This document shows, piece after piece, positions 16,393-33,720 of a stretch of 64,000 nucleotides of DNA. A program made the translations under genes and the position numbers. Position 1 is the stretch's first letter, and each line of letters opens with the position of its first letter. The stretch comes from the human T2T-CHM13v2.0 reference genome, Homo sapiens: the NCBI RefSeq assembly GCF_009914755.1, contig NC_060932.1. The stretch is one strand, 5' to 3'. The notes under the pieces were generated by a model. It saw only the letters and a list, made by a program, of their open reading frames with translations. It was not told the DNA's origin and made no database searches.

Positions 16393-19129
16393 ACAAAATA
16401 TACATGTCCTCTTAGAGTCCACGCCTCTCTTCCATCTCTATAGGCTCATCTCTTGCTATTCCAGTTTTATCATTTGCATTTCAGAACTATGGAACTACTT
16501 AAGAGTTTTATGAACATGATCCACTGTTCCTTCTGGTAGGATGGCAGACTTCACTCACCTGTAAAGAACTGAGCAGAGACATGACCTCTTCAAGAGTTCT
16601 CCTCCTTGCTGAGACACAGGTGATGACCCCTTTCCCTTCTTCCTTGGTGCTACTTCCACACCTATTTTACTATTCTTCCCCGCTGTGGGAACTTATGTAA
16701 AGGATGCAAAATTGATGGTAACCTGAGGCCTTGCCTGGTAAATAGAATCACAGAAGTGGGCAGAAGACTTGCAGCAAGCTCTCCAGTGTACAGTGCTACC
16801 CATTCCTTTTGGGAAAACAGGTGCAAGGAGATCTCAGGATCAAGGATTCACTGAGAGAGGGGTGGGGAGGGGGGCACTCTCACCAGCGGAGGGCCCTGGT
16901 AGCAGCCAGTAAAGCTGGGCAGGAGGGAGACATGGTCTGGGAACTTACAGCCCTGGAACCCAAACAGAAAGTTCCCCTTGGCTCCTCTTTGCTAATGGGA
17001 ACAGGAAGGAGGAAGCATGTGGAATAGCAGCCCAGTGACAGGGAGGTCTTGGAAGGATTCTCAGGAAAGCTCCAGGCAAGGTGCCTGGCGATCAGGGTCT
17101 CCGTGCAGCACTGATGGGAACAGGGGCTGCTTGGGGGTGTGACTGTGATATAGGCTCATGACACGATGTCCCTCACTGAAGAATGCAGCTCTCTTCTCTG
17201 GGGCATTGGGGGAAAGGGAAGGGCCAAAACCGGGTGACAGGATGGGGGAATCTATGGGTTGACAAGAATGGTTGACACTCTCGATCATTCTTGAGTGCCC
17301 CCTAAGCATTTCACCGGGTGGGCCTTAGGCCTGAGAAATATTAGTTATTGCTATGTCCAGAATCGCAAGCCTGGGGAAAAACCTGCTATGCACAAGGTTT
17401 ACATATCTGCATTCCTTTTCCTTTAGGACTCCTTAAATCATATAGGCATGTGGTTATTACTGTCTGCAGTGTTGGGTAGAACCTGGCCCACAGATGTTCA
17501 ATAAATGTTTCTTTAATTACCTGGAACCAAAAAACCTATCATCTGGCATCTACACAGACTCAGGTATTTTAAAACATTGAAACTTGCTGGTGGACTCCCA
17601 TTGCTGCTTTGATGACCTTTGAGAAAGAAATCATTGGTTCAGCATGTCAAGAAAAGGTTGATGGAGCCCGATGTCATTTCGGATTGGGGTGAAGGCTTTA
17701 TGTTTAACGATGCCACAGGCCGCTTGCTGACTGGGTCTTTGCCTCTTAGATCTGAAAAGGACCTCAGAGATCACCAGTTTAGCCCTTTAGCCCCCAGGTT
17801 TCCCCAAGAGCAGGCTGAGCAGGCCAGTGCCACAGAACTAATATCAGAGCCAAAACCAGGGCCTGGATGTCCTAACTCTCAGCCTACAGGAAAGACCCCC
17901 ATGCCAACATCATCCAAATCTTTTTTCAACTTCCCCGCTAAAAGTTAGAGAAAAAAAAAATTAAAGCTGTTAATTTTAAAGCTTAGAGGACTTTGGGTCC
18001 AATCTTCTCATTTCCTCTGATTTTGCAGATTTAAAGGGAGGATCGGCAAGGTTAGGTGACATCTGAGGGGGGACCTCAGAGTTAGGAGTGAAACTGAAAT
18101 TCAATTTCTAACCCACTGACTTTCCACCTGATTTCTTTCAGTATGAGAATCTGAAATCAGTTTAATCTCAACTGAATACAAGATATGTCTTAGCTTTAAT
18201 GGATGTGGCACAGTATAGAATAGGAGATTACTGTGTGCCCCGCCCCAGTGGCTGCCAAGACTGGGCTGCTCACCCTTAGGAAGAGCTCAAGGGGTGCAGG
18301 GCACCAGGGACAGAAAGATGAACAAGGATGCTTCTAGCCTTCCAGGCTGCTGGGCAAAAGCGAGCTTCTCAAATGCCAACATGTCTAGCCAGCAGTAGCC
18401 ACGGCCACACATCTATTCTGTGTACAGGAGGCTCGTCAATATTTGACTTGGGCTGGTGCTGGTCACACACATGGGTTTTAAAAAAGAGCCATATTCACTT
18501 ATTACTAAAAGTGTCCTGTTTGAACAGAAGACTTTATGTGCATATGCACAAGAAGACATCATCAATCTGGTTAAAAAGGCTTTGCTCAACATGCTTTGCC
18601 TCCAAATTATGAAATTTAAAATTATTCCTTTTATGGCTAGAAAATTGTTTTTGTTGCAATAAACTGGTAAAATATACTTTATCAAAGTAACTTTGATAGC
18701 TTCCAATGAATTAAAAATCTATATTTTCTATACCCACTTCAACAGTTCATATAGTCAGAATAAAAATATATTCGCACTCAATAAAAGCTTCTACATCACT
18801 GTTGCTCATCTGTTGTCCGTTAGTTACACACACAGGCAGTTCTCTACTGCTTTGCTAGTGTGAAATAGTTACTTCAGTTAGAATGAGTTAAGCAACTTTT
18901 CCAAGTTATGATAGTTAGAATTATTTATAAAGGCAGAGCCAGCTCTTTCTTCATAGTTTAATAGCTGCTCTCCAGTTACTTATTTCAAAATTAATATATC
19001 TCAATGATATATAGCACATACCCCACAAAAAATGTGCTCCGGTAGGAACAAAGGATACCTGTTGGTTGGTGATGGATTGATTTGTTTCAGAGTTTCATCT
19101 GGAGTTTTAATGATAAAAAAATCTGGATA

Positions 19130-19440
19130 TTCAGCCATTAAAAAGCATTTTTAAATGCCTTCTGGGCCCCCAGCATTATACTATGTATTAGGTATGCAAA
19201 AATGAAAGCCTCTATCAAGAAGCACATAATGAAGAGAGGAAACTGACGTTCAAATTCACAACTATATTACAAATGTACATGGAGTACCATGACAGCAAAG
19301 GAGAGAAGAACACCCAAATCTTCCTGGGAGGAAGTTTCTTAAAAGAGGCAGAGTTTGAGCTAAGGCTTGAATGAGAGGTGGATGCTCGCCTGCAGGTAGC
19401 TAAAGAAAGGGGCAGCTGCAGGTGAGGGAAGTCATGGGAG
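19130..19440 (-). mobile_element. LINE-2 fragment
   Basis: 'aagcatttttaaatgccttc...gagtttgagctaaggcttgaa'. Confidence 0.55.
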
Positions 19441-19716
19441 AATGTTGAGTAAGGCAGGATCCATAGTCAGCTTGCATGTAGGAAGAATCACTCGCGGGTC
19501 AATGAAAGGATGGACTGGGACAGATCCTAGAAATCCAGTACCATTATCAATTAGTGTTTCTTTCATGGCAGACAAAGATCTATTGTCAAAATTACATAGG
19601 AAAGATAACTGTGAGTTACCATTTGATTTGCTCCAGTGCTAATCTCAAACTGACTACTCATGGCAACAGTCTTAAGTGAGTGCTTTTATTACCAGAGACT
19701 GTAACTAGTCCCTTAC

Positions 19717-19803
19717 CTGTATGCTTGTTCTTACGTGTGGCAATATCATTGAGCAGTATACCAGGCAACTGATTATTATTTCAAAAGTTTCTTTCCCTGT
19801 GGA
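19717..19803 (-). other. Candidate 87-nt exon of an unidentified transcript
   Basis: Minus strand: ctcacctcttactctcttcag|TCC...ACAG|gtaagg; branch-like CTCAC, pyrimidine tract and consensus donor. Confidence 0.3.
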
Positions 19804-20564
19804 CTGAAGAGAGTAAGAGGTGAGTTTTAAAAGTGGTTTGATGGTTGATTTGATCAAATTATACATGCTCACCCACAGACGGGGAGTCTTTCTATAACCC
19901 ATCCCACCAGCAAGAGGTAAACAAAAGCATTTCCAGGTTGCCAAGAGCAATGCTACAGAATTTAAGCTGAAGTAACAGAATTCTTTGGGAATTTATTTAT
20001 GTTTAATTCAGAAATCATTCTATTAATTAGTATTGTAATCTAGTTTCTTAGGTAACAACTTCCTCACCTTTCCCCTTCCCTTCCTGATGAAGGTCTATAC
20101 TTTCCTATCACTGTGTTACAGTAACTTAGAAGGGCAGATCTTCAGAAGGGAGTAAAGAGTTCACCACAGACGTTTGATGCTTCTTATGTGTCATGTAACT
20201 AAGAGCAAAAGGAAATATGAAAAATTATCTAAAGACAAAAAAAAAAACAACCCCAAAAAACAGAGCATCTGGGAGCCACGGGACATGGAAAAATCAAGAG
20301 GACCCAGCACTTCAGTATCTGTAAATAACAACTGATGATGATTATAATCACTCTAGGTCACAAAAGGTTAAATATCAGCCTTGTGTTCAGTTAGAATGTA
20401 ATTACATTTAGGGTGATTTCCTACTACAATAAGTTAAAATTAAAGTATTTATATTGTTTTCACTTTCTGGAAAACTAGTCTATATAGAATAGCACTCCTT
20501 TGAGAGGTGTAAAGAATCTCTCCAATTACCCATCTAAGATGTAGAATACATGCCTATTAGCACA

Positions 20565-20933
20565 CGTATTTGTCCATTGTCACACTGCTATAAAGAAATA
20601 CGTGAGACTGTGTAATTTATAAAGAAAAGAGGTTTAATTGGCTCATGGTTCCGCAGGCTGTACAGGAAACATAATGGCTTCTGGGGAGGCCTCAGGATAC
20701 TTTCCATCATGGAGGAAGGTGAGGGGGAAGCAGGCAGGTCTTACCTGGCCAGAGCAGGAGGCGGCAGGGGGAAGGTGCCACCCACTTTTAAACAACCAGA
20801 TCTCGTGAGCACTTACTATCACGAGAGCAGCACTGAGGGAAAAATCCGCCTCAGTGATCCAATCACCTCTAACTCTGGGGGGCTTACAATTTGCCATGAG
20901 ATTTGGACGGGGACACAGATCCAAACCATAGCA
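20565..20933 (-). mobile_element. MSTA-like MaLR solo LTR
   Basis: 'ctgctataaagaaatac.tgagactg..taatttataaagaaaagaggtttaattggctca' through 'ggacacagatccaaaccatagca'; flanks GCACA / GCATG. Confidence 0.9.
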
Positions 20934-22187
20934 GCATGGTTAGGTAATACTCTTAAAGTGAAGGTTATTTACAGATTATATCACTGATAAGCCATTTATT
21001 AATGGTGTAGGCAAACCTTACTGTCCTCATATCCAGTGTTTTCTAGGACCTGGGAGCTCAATAGGGATAGTCCGAGGGAATAAAGAAAAAACAGTTTGTC
21101 ACAATTACTAAGAAAACCAGTAAAAATTATAGTATCTATTAACAGTCGGGCCTACTAGCAGTGGTGTGTACAAAGACGCAAATCAACATCAAGTACATGT
21201 CTTTACCCAGCATTTTCTTCCAGTTATGTGAAATGCTTTGCGGGCTGGAAGGTAATCCAGAGGACACAGAAATAAAGGAAGGGGAAGTTGCAAGAAAATC
21301 CACTAGGGGATACCAGAAATGAAACATCAAATACCAATTTTAGTATATACATTTCCTCTGCATCATTGTCATGATTCTGAGTGTTAATAATTCATCTGTA
21401 GACACAAACACATAAACTCACATATGTTCTACCATCTTTGTCCTCTGGACAATTCAAGATGATAGATCTGGAGGTATCTTCAGTTTCATTTGGTGATGGA
21501 AAATAGTATTTTTCTATCCACTGATGTGAATTCTTATTCTGGCTGGTTGACTGCAGTTGACAGGGAGCCCAGGGCTGTTTTAAAAAATGCTCTGTCACGT
21601 CGTCAGCCTTGAGAACAATCACCTCAATCTTGCTGATACCCCACAATGGTGTCTATCTCAGATTAGGGGCTCATTAAATATTTGCTGAAATTAAAATCTG
21701 CTGCCACATTTGTCTTTCAGTTGTCTGCAGCTGTGGTACCACCTCCCCTATCCTAGGCTTTGCCATCCTTTTATTTCCTATCATTGTACTCCTCCCCCAT
21801 CCCCACTGCAGCCCACTCAGCAGGAGTGGCTCTTCACCAAGCTCCTGTTCAGCAGGATCACCTTGCTGTAGTGTTCAGTAGGGTTCATTGGTGATGCTAA
21901 TGGAAATAGTTAAGAATCAGGCTGAGATACCTAAGCTATAAAAATACATGAAACAAGATAAAATACTGCTTCTATATGATTCTGGCCTTATACTGTCTAT
22001 ACCTGTGTGCCCAGCTCTGCTACTTGACTAAAGGGCTTGCTTTCCTCGAATCTGAAACACACTAATGCATAGTTTGCTTCAGAAGCAGAAGGCTTCTGAA
22101 AAATGCTTTTATTTCCCTATTGCTAAGAAAACATTTGACATTAGAACTCCTTTGTGCAGGCTAGGATGTTTCCTAAGTTTTCTTTTG

Positions 22188-22800
22188 CAGTGATCTGCAA
22201 ACACTTTTGCTTATGTACTCCCAAAATAACTTTGGAGAACCAGCATTATTTTATTTTTTAAATTAAATTTTATTGTATTTTATGTTTTTTAGAAGGGATT
22301 TCACTCTATTGTGCAGGCTGGAGTGCAGTGGTGCAATCTTGGCTCACTGCAACCTCTGTCTCCCAGGTTCAACAATTCTCCTGCCTCAGCCTCCTGAGTA
22401 GCTGGAATTACAGGTGCGCACCACCACAGCCAGCTAATTTTTGTATTTTTAGTAGAGACAGGGTTTCACCATATTGGCCAGGCTGGTCTTGAACTCCTGA
22501 CCTCATGTGATCCACCTGTCTCAGCCTCCCAAAGTGCTGGGATTACAGGTGTGAGCCACCGCACCCGGCCTTCTCATGCATTTTTAAGTTGGCTCTAATA
22601 TTTTTCATTATCAGTTTAATGGCATGAACAAAGTATTTCAGTATATTGTAAATATTAACATTTAAAAATACATCACAATTTTCAATGTATCCAAAGGAGT
22701 CTAAATATAACTGGAACATTTTATATCATAGTTTTGTCTTTGAACTCATTTTCATTCCACTCCGTGTGTAAAATTTTCTTCCAATGCGTACAAACTTTTA
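22188..22800. mobile_element. hAT-Charlie DNA transposon fossil (MER113-like) interrupted by an Alu
   Basis: 'cagtgatctgcaaacacttttgc' terminus; 'catttttaagttgg..ctaatatttttcat...aatgtatccaaaggagtctaaata'. Confidence 0.45.
22246..22570 (-). mobile_element. AluS
   Basis: Full dimeric Alu with S-type 'ttggccaggctggtcttgaactcctgacctc'. Confidence 0.9.
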
Positions 22801-23388
22801 GATAGATTGCCATTATATTCCTGTGCAACCCAAGTCAGTTCCTCTTCCCATTTTTTCCCCTTGTTTCACTAAAAGGCACCACTATCTATCCCACTCCTCA
22901 AGCCAGTAACCTACAAGTCCTCCTGTCCTTCTCCTCATCACTCAGCCAATCCATCATCGAGTCCTTTTACTCCACCCTCCCATGTCAAGTCAAATCCAAC
23001 CATGTCTCTCCAGCACCCTAGGGTCTTCCAGAATACTTGGGAGGAGGTTTCTCATAGAGCTCGGGCCCAATATGAACACACAGGGACAAAAACCCGGAAC
23101 AATTTATATTTCATTTTGAAAACAGTATAATTGAAATGCCATTAACCTAGGCATCAAACCGGTCTAAAGTCCTGCTTGGAACACAATCAAGATGTTTTAT
23201 TCTAAGTCCCACAAAATGATGTTTTGCTTTTAAAATGGATGAAATGCCAAATCAGAGTCTTCCTTGAACAAATAAGCCCTAACTGCCTCATTAGCTTTAA
23301 GCTTCTAGGATGATGCAGGCATTACAGAGGAAGGTATTATTTCACTAACTTTTTTTTTAAATCAGTTTTTTATGTAGCCAAGTGAGTT

Positions 23389-23600
23389 TCAAAACTTACG
23401 GATGATAGAAACTTGGGGGCAATAGCAAATTCTACTGTAAGAAACAATGCAACTACGTATGATTTGAAAGGACTGGTACACTGGGCAGCTAATCAAATGT
23501 AGCCCAGAGAGAAATATACAAAGATGAACTGTGGAAAAGAACAAAGGAGACAAAACCTCCTTGCTCAATGAAAGAGACAGAGATCCCACGCTAGGTCTAA
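23389..23600 (+). mobile_element. CR1/L3 LINE reverse-transcriptase fossil
   Basis: Translates SKLTDDRNLGAIANSTVRNNATTYDLKGLVHWAANQM*PREKY, matching CR1-type KFADDTKLGG...DLDRL..WA with identical spacing. Confidence 0.6.
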
Positions 23601-23680
23601 ATTCTTTGGATCTTGTTTTTCTTACATTCACCTCTCTTCTCTGACTGTATTTGGCGGCATTCATTCAAACTACATCCTGA

Positions 23681-24132
<452 letters not shown>

Positions 24133-24404
24133 TTGTTTTATTATTTTTATCCACAGACTATAATAGCATTTTAGTACTCAAAAGAGTGTGATAGACTTAA
24201 TTCTATAAAATTCATTTAACAAATATTTTTTAAATGCCTGCTGTGCGCCAGACACTACTGAAAGCATCAGGAGCCTGGTGTTGAACAAAGACACAAACAA
24301 ATGGCTTCTCCTTCAAGAAGCCTTTAATACAATTGTTATATATAGAACATTCTAGAAAGAGTTGCTTTATGAGGTAAAGGTGAATGAAGGGAGGCTGTTT
24401 GAGT

Positions 24405-24665
24405 TGATGACAATCATAGCTACCATTTATTGAACATTTACTATATGCCATATTCTGTGTCATTTTATATGTACCGTGTTACCATCATAGAACAATCCTA
24501 TGATGCTGGAACTATTCTCTCCATTCTACAGTTGTGAAATAGCTGGAATTATTCTCTCCATTCTACAGTTGTCATGACATGACAGAGAGGGTAAGCCTAA
24601 CGTCATATAGCTAGTGAGTGGCAGAGCCAGGATTTGAACTGAAGTCTGATTTCAGGGCTCAGGCT
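24405..24665 (-). mobile_element. MIR SINE with internal 31-bp duplication
   Basis: 'tagctaccatttattgaacatttactatatgcca...agctagtgagtggcagagccaggatttgaac'; duplicated 24505-24535 / 24542-24572. Confidence 0.8.
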
Positions 24666-24960
24666 TAGGAGTCAGGCTGTACTGCAGAGACTACCTGAGC
24701 ATTTGTGAGGAATGATGTAGATAAAATGCCTGCCTTGGGTGCAAAGTTATGTTACGACTCCAAGATTGCTTTAATGCTAAAGCCCCTTAGCTGTAACAAG
24801 GCAAGCTGGTTATTTGTCAAAGGACCACAACTGAAAAACTACTCTTGTCCAGCTTCATATCCATAGCAGGAATATGACTACCTAAAGTCTTCTGAATAGG
24901 AATAGAAACTGTATGACTGATTCTTTTTGTGGATTTACTGAAAAATTAAATTTCCCAAAC

Positions 24961-25645
24961 AACAGATGCTGGCGAGGCTGTAGAGAAAAGGGAACATTTA
25001 TACACTGTTGGTGGGAATGTAAGTTAGTAAAGTCACTGTGGAAAGCAGCTTGGAGATTTCTGGAAGAACTCAAAACAGAGCTATCCTTCGACCCAGAAAT
25101 TTCATTACTGGGCATATACCTAAAGGAAAATAGATCATTATGCCAAAAAGACACATGCACTCATATGTTTGTCGCAATGCAATTTACAATGGCAAAGACA
25201 TGGAATCAAGCTAGGTGTCCATCAATGATGGATTAGATAAAGAAAATGTGGTACATATACACCACGGAATACTACACAGCCATGAAAAAAACCAAAAGCA
25301 TGTCTTTTGCAGCAACATGGATGGAGCTGGAGGCCATAATTCTAAGTGAATTTACACCAGAACAGAAAACCAAATACCACGTGTTCTCACTTATAAGTAG
25401 GAGCTAAACACTGGGTACACATGAATATAAACATGGGAAGAACAGACACTGCAGATTACTAGAGGGAGGGAGCAGGGGCATGGGTTGAAAAATTACCTGT
25501 ATCTATTAGGTACCATGCTCACTACCTGGGTGATAGGATCCATACCCCAAACTTCAAACTTCAGCATCATGCAATATACTCATCTCATGTAACAAACCTG
25601 CACAGGTACTCCCTGTATCTTAAATAAAGAGTTGAAATTCTAAAA
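24961..25645 (+). mobile_element. L1PA15/16-like 3' end
   Basis: ORF2 C-terminus (RCWRGCREKGTFIHCWWECK) plus 3'UTR; degenerate TSD aaatttcccaaac / aaatctcctaaac. Confidence 0.85.
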
Positions 25646-26286
25646 AAATCTCCTAAACAAAGATACAACCATAGCAGTACTGGCTCTCGGCACCTTTCCC
25701 CACCAGACATAGACCTCTCCCAACGCTGGGCTGGTTGCTCTTGGCATTGCTGCTGTGACTCTCCTCCTGTCTTCACAATCGAGGGGCTGCCTGCCTGTAA
25801 CTCTGGAAGATGTGCTGGTGGATCTGCACCTGCTTGAGGTGGTTTTACGCCCTTTTTACTCATCCCACAATCCCCCACAATTTATGTCCTAGCTGAATTT
25901 TTCTAATTCATTTCTTACCACTCTGGTACCTTGTCCTTCCACCCCTCCCCTTGCCCATCAAAACTGACTCAGTGACCCACTAATTTTGAGTAGAGAGGCC
26001 CCTATTGCCCGAGGCACTCAGCATTTCCATGGGACCCTTCTCCTAGGCATTTGCCTTTTAAAACAGGGTACTGCCTCAACCCACTGGAATGACATTATCA
26101 CAACGAAAGGCCAGTCTGATTTGATGTGAGAGTCATTTGTGGACTGTGGAGGGGGCTTTTTGCAAGCCCTCAAATCGCACTGCCTGTGCATTATCTACTC
26201 AAAGGCCTCATGCTGCAGGGCACTGTTGATCCAAAACACATTTACTCCTTTGGAGGATAATGAGGAGCTCATGGTCTTTCTGCACA

Positions 26287-26456
26287 TTTTTTAAGAGATG
26301 GAGTCTCACTACATTGCCCAGCACAGGCTGGAGTGCTGTGACTATTCACAGGTGTGATCATAGTGCACTACAGCCCCAAACCTTGGACTAAAGCCATCCT
26401 CTAGTCTCAGCCTCCCATGTAGCTGGGATTACAGATGTACGCTACCATGACCAACC
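26287..26456 (-). mobile_element. FAM (fossil Alu monomer)
   Basis: Monomer retaining the 7SL-like 'ctattcacaggtgtgatcatag' segment; degenerate TSD tgcacatttt / tgtacgtttt. Confidence 0.8.
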
Positions 26457-27459
26457 TGTACGTTTTTAAATCAGCAAAATCTTATTTTTCTGCTAACAGT
26501 CACATTCCTAAATTACAGTACTTTAGTTAGGATGTGACACACTATACCTATATCAATGGTATCACTAGATCAGTATTTTCTTGGTCTTTTGCTTTTTAGC
26601 GGGGTTAAGGAAGTATTGGCAGGGAGATGGAAGAAGATTTATTATTTTATCTGCACAGATAAGGATCTTTGGGACAATTTATAAATATGGAGAGGCAGCT
26701 TCGCATTCACTTCCCACCAAGTGGCATCCAACAGAGCCTGCATTTGTAAGGTTTAACCCACGTTCAAATAGGGCTTAAAAGAAATCAGATCTCATTTACT
26801 AAAGTACCAAGCTCAGGCAAGTCTTCATCTTCTTTAAATCCCCTTAGTTTTAATTACTCCCTGTGACTGTTTGGACATGTCAGATATTATTTTATGTTTT
26901 AAGCTGATGATAGTAACTCTGCAGTAACTTCAAAAGGCGTAGCTTGTGTCAGACCACTCTGTTTTGGGAAGAGGGTTACTGCATTGCCATTTAGCTTTCA
27001 ACTTGGACACTCAGCTGCACTATAAAACTTTTATAGATTAATTGCACAGAAATAACTGGCACCAACTGTAATAGGTTCATTTTCTTTTCTTTCTCTAGAC
27101 AGGCTTTTACATGCCTAGTGGACATTCCTTCAGAGGACTGAACTTTACCACCAGAAATAGTAAAAGGAAGAAGTTTATGTTAATTGAAAAGTTATAGTAT
27201 ATTATAACCCCCATTCATTTATAAAAGTGCACTGCTGTTTAAAATGTATCCAGTATAAAAGCCTTTAAATGCTGAAGTCTTTACTTATAACTATTTAATA
27301 TGGATATAATATCCGCAATTTTGACATTCCAATTCTAGCAACAATTCTTCCTCAAAACTTGGGAAAAAACGTGTGCATATGTGTATGTACGTATATGTAT
27401 ATACACATACTCTGTGTTTGCATATATGCCATGTGTGTCTGTGTGTGTATGCATGCTAG

Positions 27460-27589
27460 CAGGACTACTGCCCCGAACTGTGCTGCACAACGCCAGGGAC
27501 ATCATTCACATTTAGGTCATCTGTTAGTGCTGACTCCTCCGTCAGGAGTTGCACAGGGTACAACCTTCGCAGTTTACCCAGAGGTCCTG
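27460..27589. mobile_element. MER91-like hAT-Tip100 non-autonomous element
   Basis: Inverted ends CAGGAC...GTCCTG; internal quasi-palindrome 'gctgcacaacgccagg...ggagttgcacag'. Confidence 0.6.
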
Positions 27590-28209
27590 GAATCTGCCAA
27601 TATAATTCTTGCCGTGTCACAGCAGGTATTTATATACTGTTTCTCAATTCAGAATATTTGGAAAGAGATGAAGACTTCCATAAATTATCAATGAGTGATT
27701 TCTATCTGTTCCACAGCAGCTACTCCACTGCCTAGTCATTTCTGCTGAAAATTCATCTCTTTATTCATTTTCAAAACACCTTCTTTTTTTTTTTTTTTTT
27801 TATCCTGCTGCTGGAAAAGGGGAAGATATTGTTCTGGGATCCAGAATTGGAAGTTGACTTCATTTTTCCCTATACGGTATAGTATACTTACAACAGTAGT
27901 TATCAAGGAGCCCTTATAAGCTGTCCTGGGATCAGCCATCAATAACAAAACTGGATGTATACAGATTAAAAAGCCAACTCACAAATGAATGTTTAGAGCA
28001 CAGGCTGCACATCTCTCTCTCTCTGTATATGTGTGTATGTGAGATATGTGCCATATATAAATGAGATATTGATATAGATCCAAAGAGACATAGATACAAG
28101 TGTAAAGATATAGATGTTATTTTCTGGGAGTTATTATTCTTGCTCCACTAGAAAGAAATAATCAAATCTTTCAAATACCTAGGGTGGTAAAAAATCTAGG
28201 CAAGAGTGG

Positions 28210-29655
<1,446 letters not shown>

Positions 29656-30659
29656 ATTACAAAACAAAAGCCCCGAACATTCTGAAAACAAAAAGCATTT
29701 TATATATGTTCTATCTATCACAGTTTATGGATTAAACAGTCCTTGGTGTTACCCGGGTTTTTGAAAGAAGGATATTTTTGCTCAGATAAAACATATGCTT
29801 TTGTGTTAAAAAACCTTACTTGACATTTGGAAAACACTATTGAGGCAAAATGCTTCTAGTCATCTGCTTTGAATGGATTTTAATGCCTCTGAAAGTCTTT
29901 TTATTGATAATGTAGTAAGCTACAAGTTTTCAATTTCATATAATTGACTCAAATATTACTATGCTTGTTACTACTCAAATATCATCAAAATGCTTATGCT
30001 AGTCAGTTTGATATTTGGGATGCCAGAGTGGGAATCTATTTGACTACATAAAGTAGTCAAGCTGTATAATCATCCCCAGGGGTATCCATAGCTGTCATGC
30101 TTTAGGTGCATAGGAAGCCATAACCAAGGGGAACTGCTTGGCCACAACACCCTCACCAAGTTAAACAGCATGCTATTGAGTTCTTTTAGTTTGTTCTGGT
30201 GGAAATGCCTGTCTGCTATTTAGAGGGCATTTCCATAGTTCAACCTAACATTAAGGTTTAGATTCAAGGATGTTAGGACTTGATTGTCTCACTTCCTCTG
30301 TTAGTGGTGCAGCATGTTGTTACCTGGCTACAATTGTTAATGGTGATCATGACATAGACTTGGAGATATGGTGTATTAGGAGCTGTGTATCGTTTTTCAT
30401 GGTAGCCATGGAGGATGAGGCACACATGAAAAACTGACTTGCATGTAGCTTGGACTTAAAGTTATTTATTGTCCTTTCTGAAGATTAGTCTTAAAATGCA
30501 TTTCCCCCAGGATTCCTATCTTTATGTCACTCTGAACAGAGGAGTAGATTAGAGGTGAGAACGCCATTGGTTTCCTATTCAAACTAAAGGTAATAATTTA
30601 TAAACATTTATTGAGTGCTTACTACTTCCAAGGCAATGAAGTAACTGTATAAGCTTTTC

Positions 30660-30943
30660 AGCTTGGCTTAGTGGGTCATGTCTGTAATTCCAGCACTTTG
30701 GGAGGCTGAAGTGCGTGGATTGCTTGAGCCCAGGAGTTCAAGAACAGCCGGGGAAACATTGGGAGACCCCATTTCTACAAAAAAATGAAGAAATTAGCCA
30801 GGTGTGGTGGTGTGTGTATGTAGTCCTAGCTATTTAGGAGGCTGAGGTGGGAGGTCAAGGCTGACACAAGCCATGAAAGTGCCACTGCACTCCAGCTGCC
30901 TGGGCAATGGAGTGAGACCCTCTGTATTTAAAAAAAAAAAAAA
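30660..30943 (+). mobile_element. AluJ
   Basis: J-type 'ttgcttgagcccaggagttc'; TSD AAGCTTTTC at 30651-30659 and 30944-30952. Confidence 0.85.
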
Positions 30944-31269
30944 AAGCTTTTCTCATGATTACACATGTGAACATACACAAAACACACAGACATACATACA
31001 CAGAAACAACTGTCATCAAGGAGATAGATCATTTGGGTATAGATTCTTTTTAACAATCAGGTATTCAGACATGCTCTGCCTTCCTAGTGTTAGCCTTAAA
31101 TCTTCATCTGTCTGCTAGATATTTCCACTCTGAATGTCTATTACCTCAAAAGGAACATGTCTAATACTCAGTTCTTTACCTCCAGCCCTGACTGGCTTTC
31201 TGGTTTTAGCAATCATAGATGACCTCAATCCACCAGTTACCCAAAGTCCAAAGCTTGAAATTACCTTTT

Positions 31270-33720
<2,451 letters not shown>

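Noticed and set aside
16878-16898. CTCF-like motif CCAGCGGAGGGCCC (similar one at ~1264)
   Set aside because: Mismatches at core positions; cannot be supported without PWM scoring or ChIP data
18328-18790. Overlapping short ORFs followed by AATAAA signals in apparently unique sequence
   Set aside because: No recognisable homology, no clear splice structure, no poly(A) or TSD of a processed pseudogene
30040-30235. Two short hairpins (TTGACTAC/GTAGTCAA; TGGAAATGCC/GGCATTTCCA)
   Set aside because: 8-10-bp stems are expected by chance in 64 kb and do not resemble a known ncRNA
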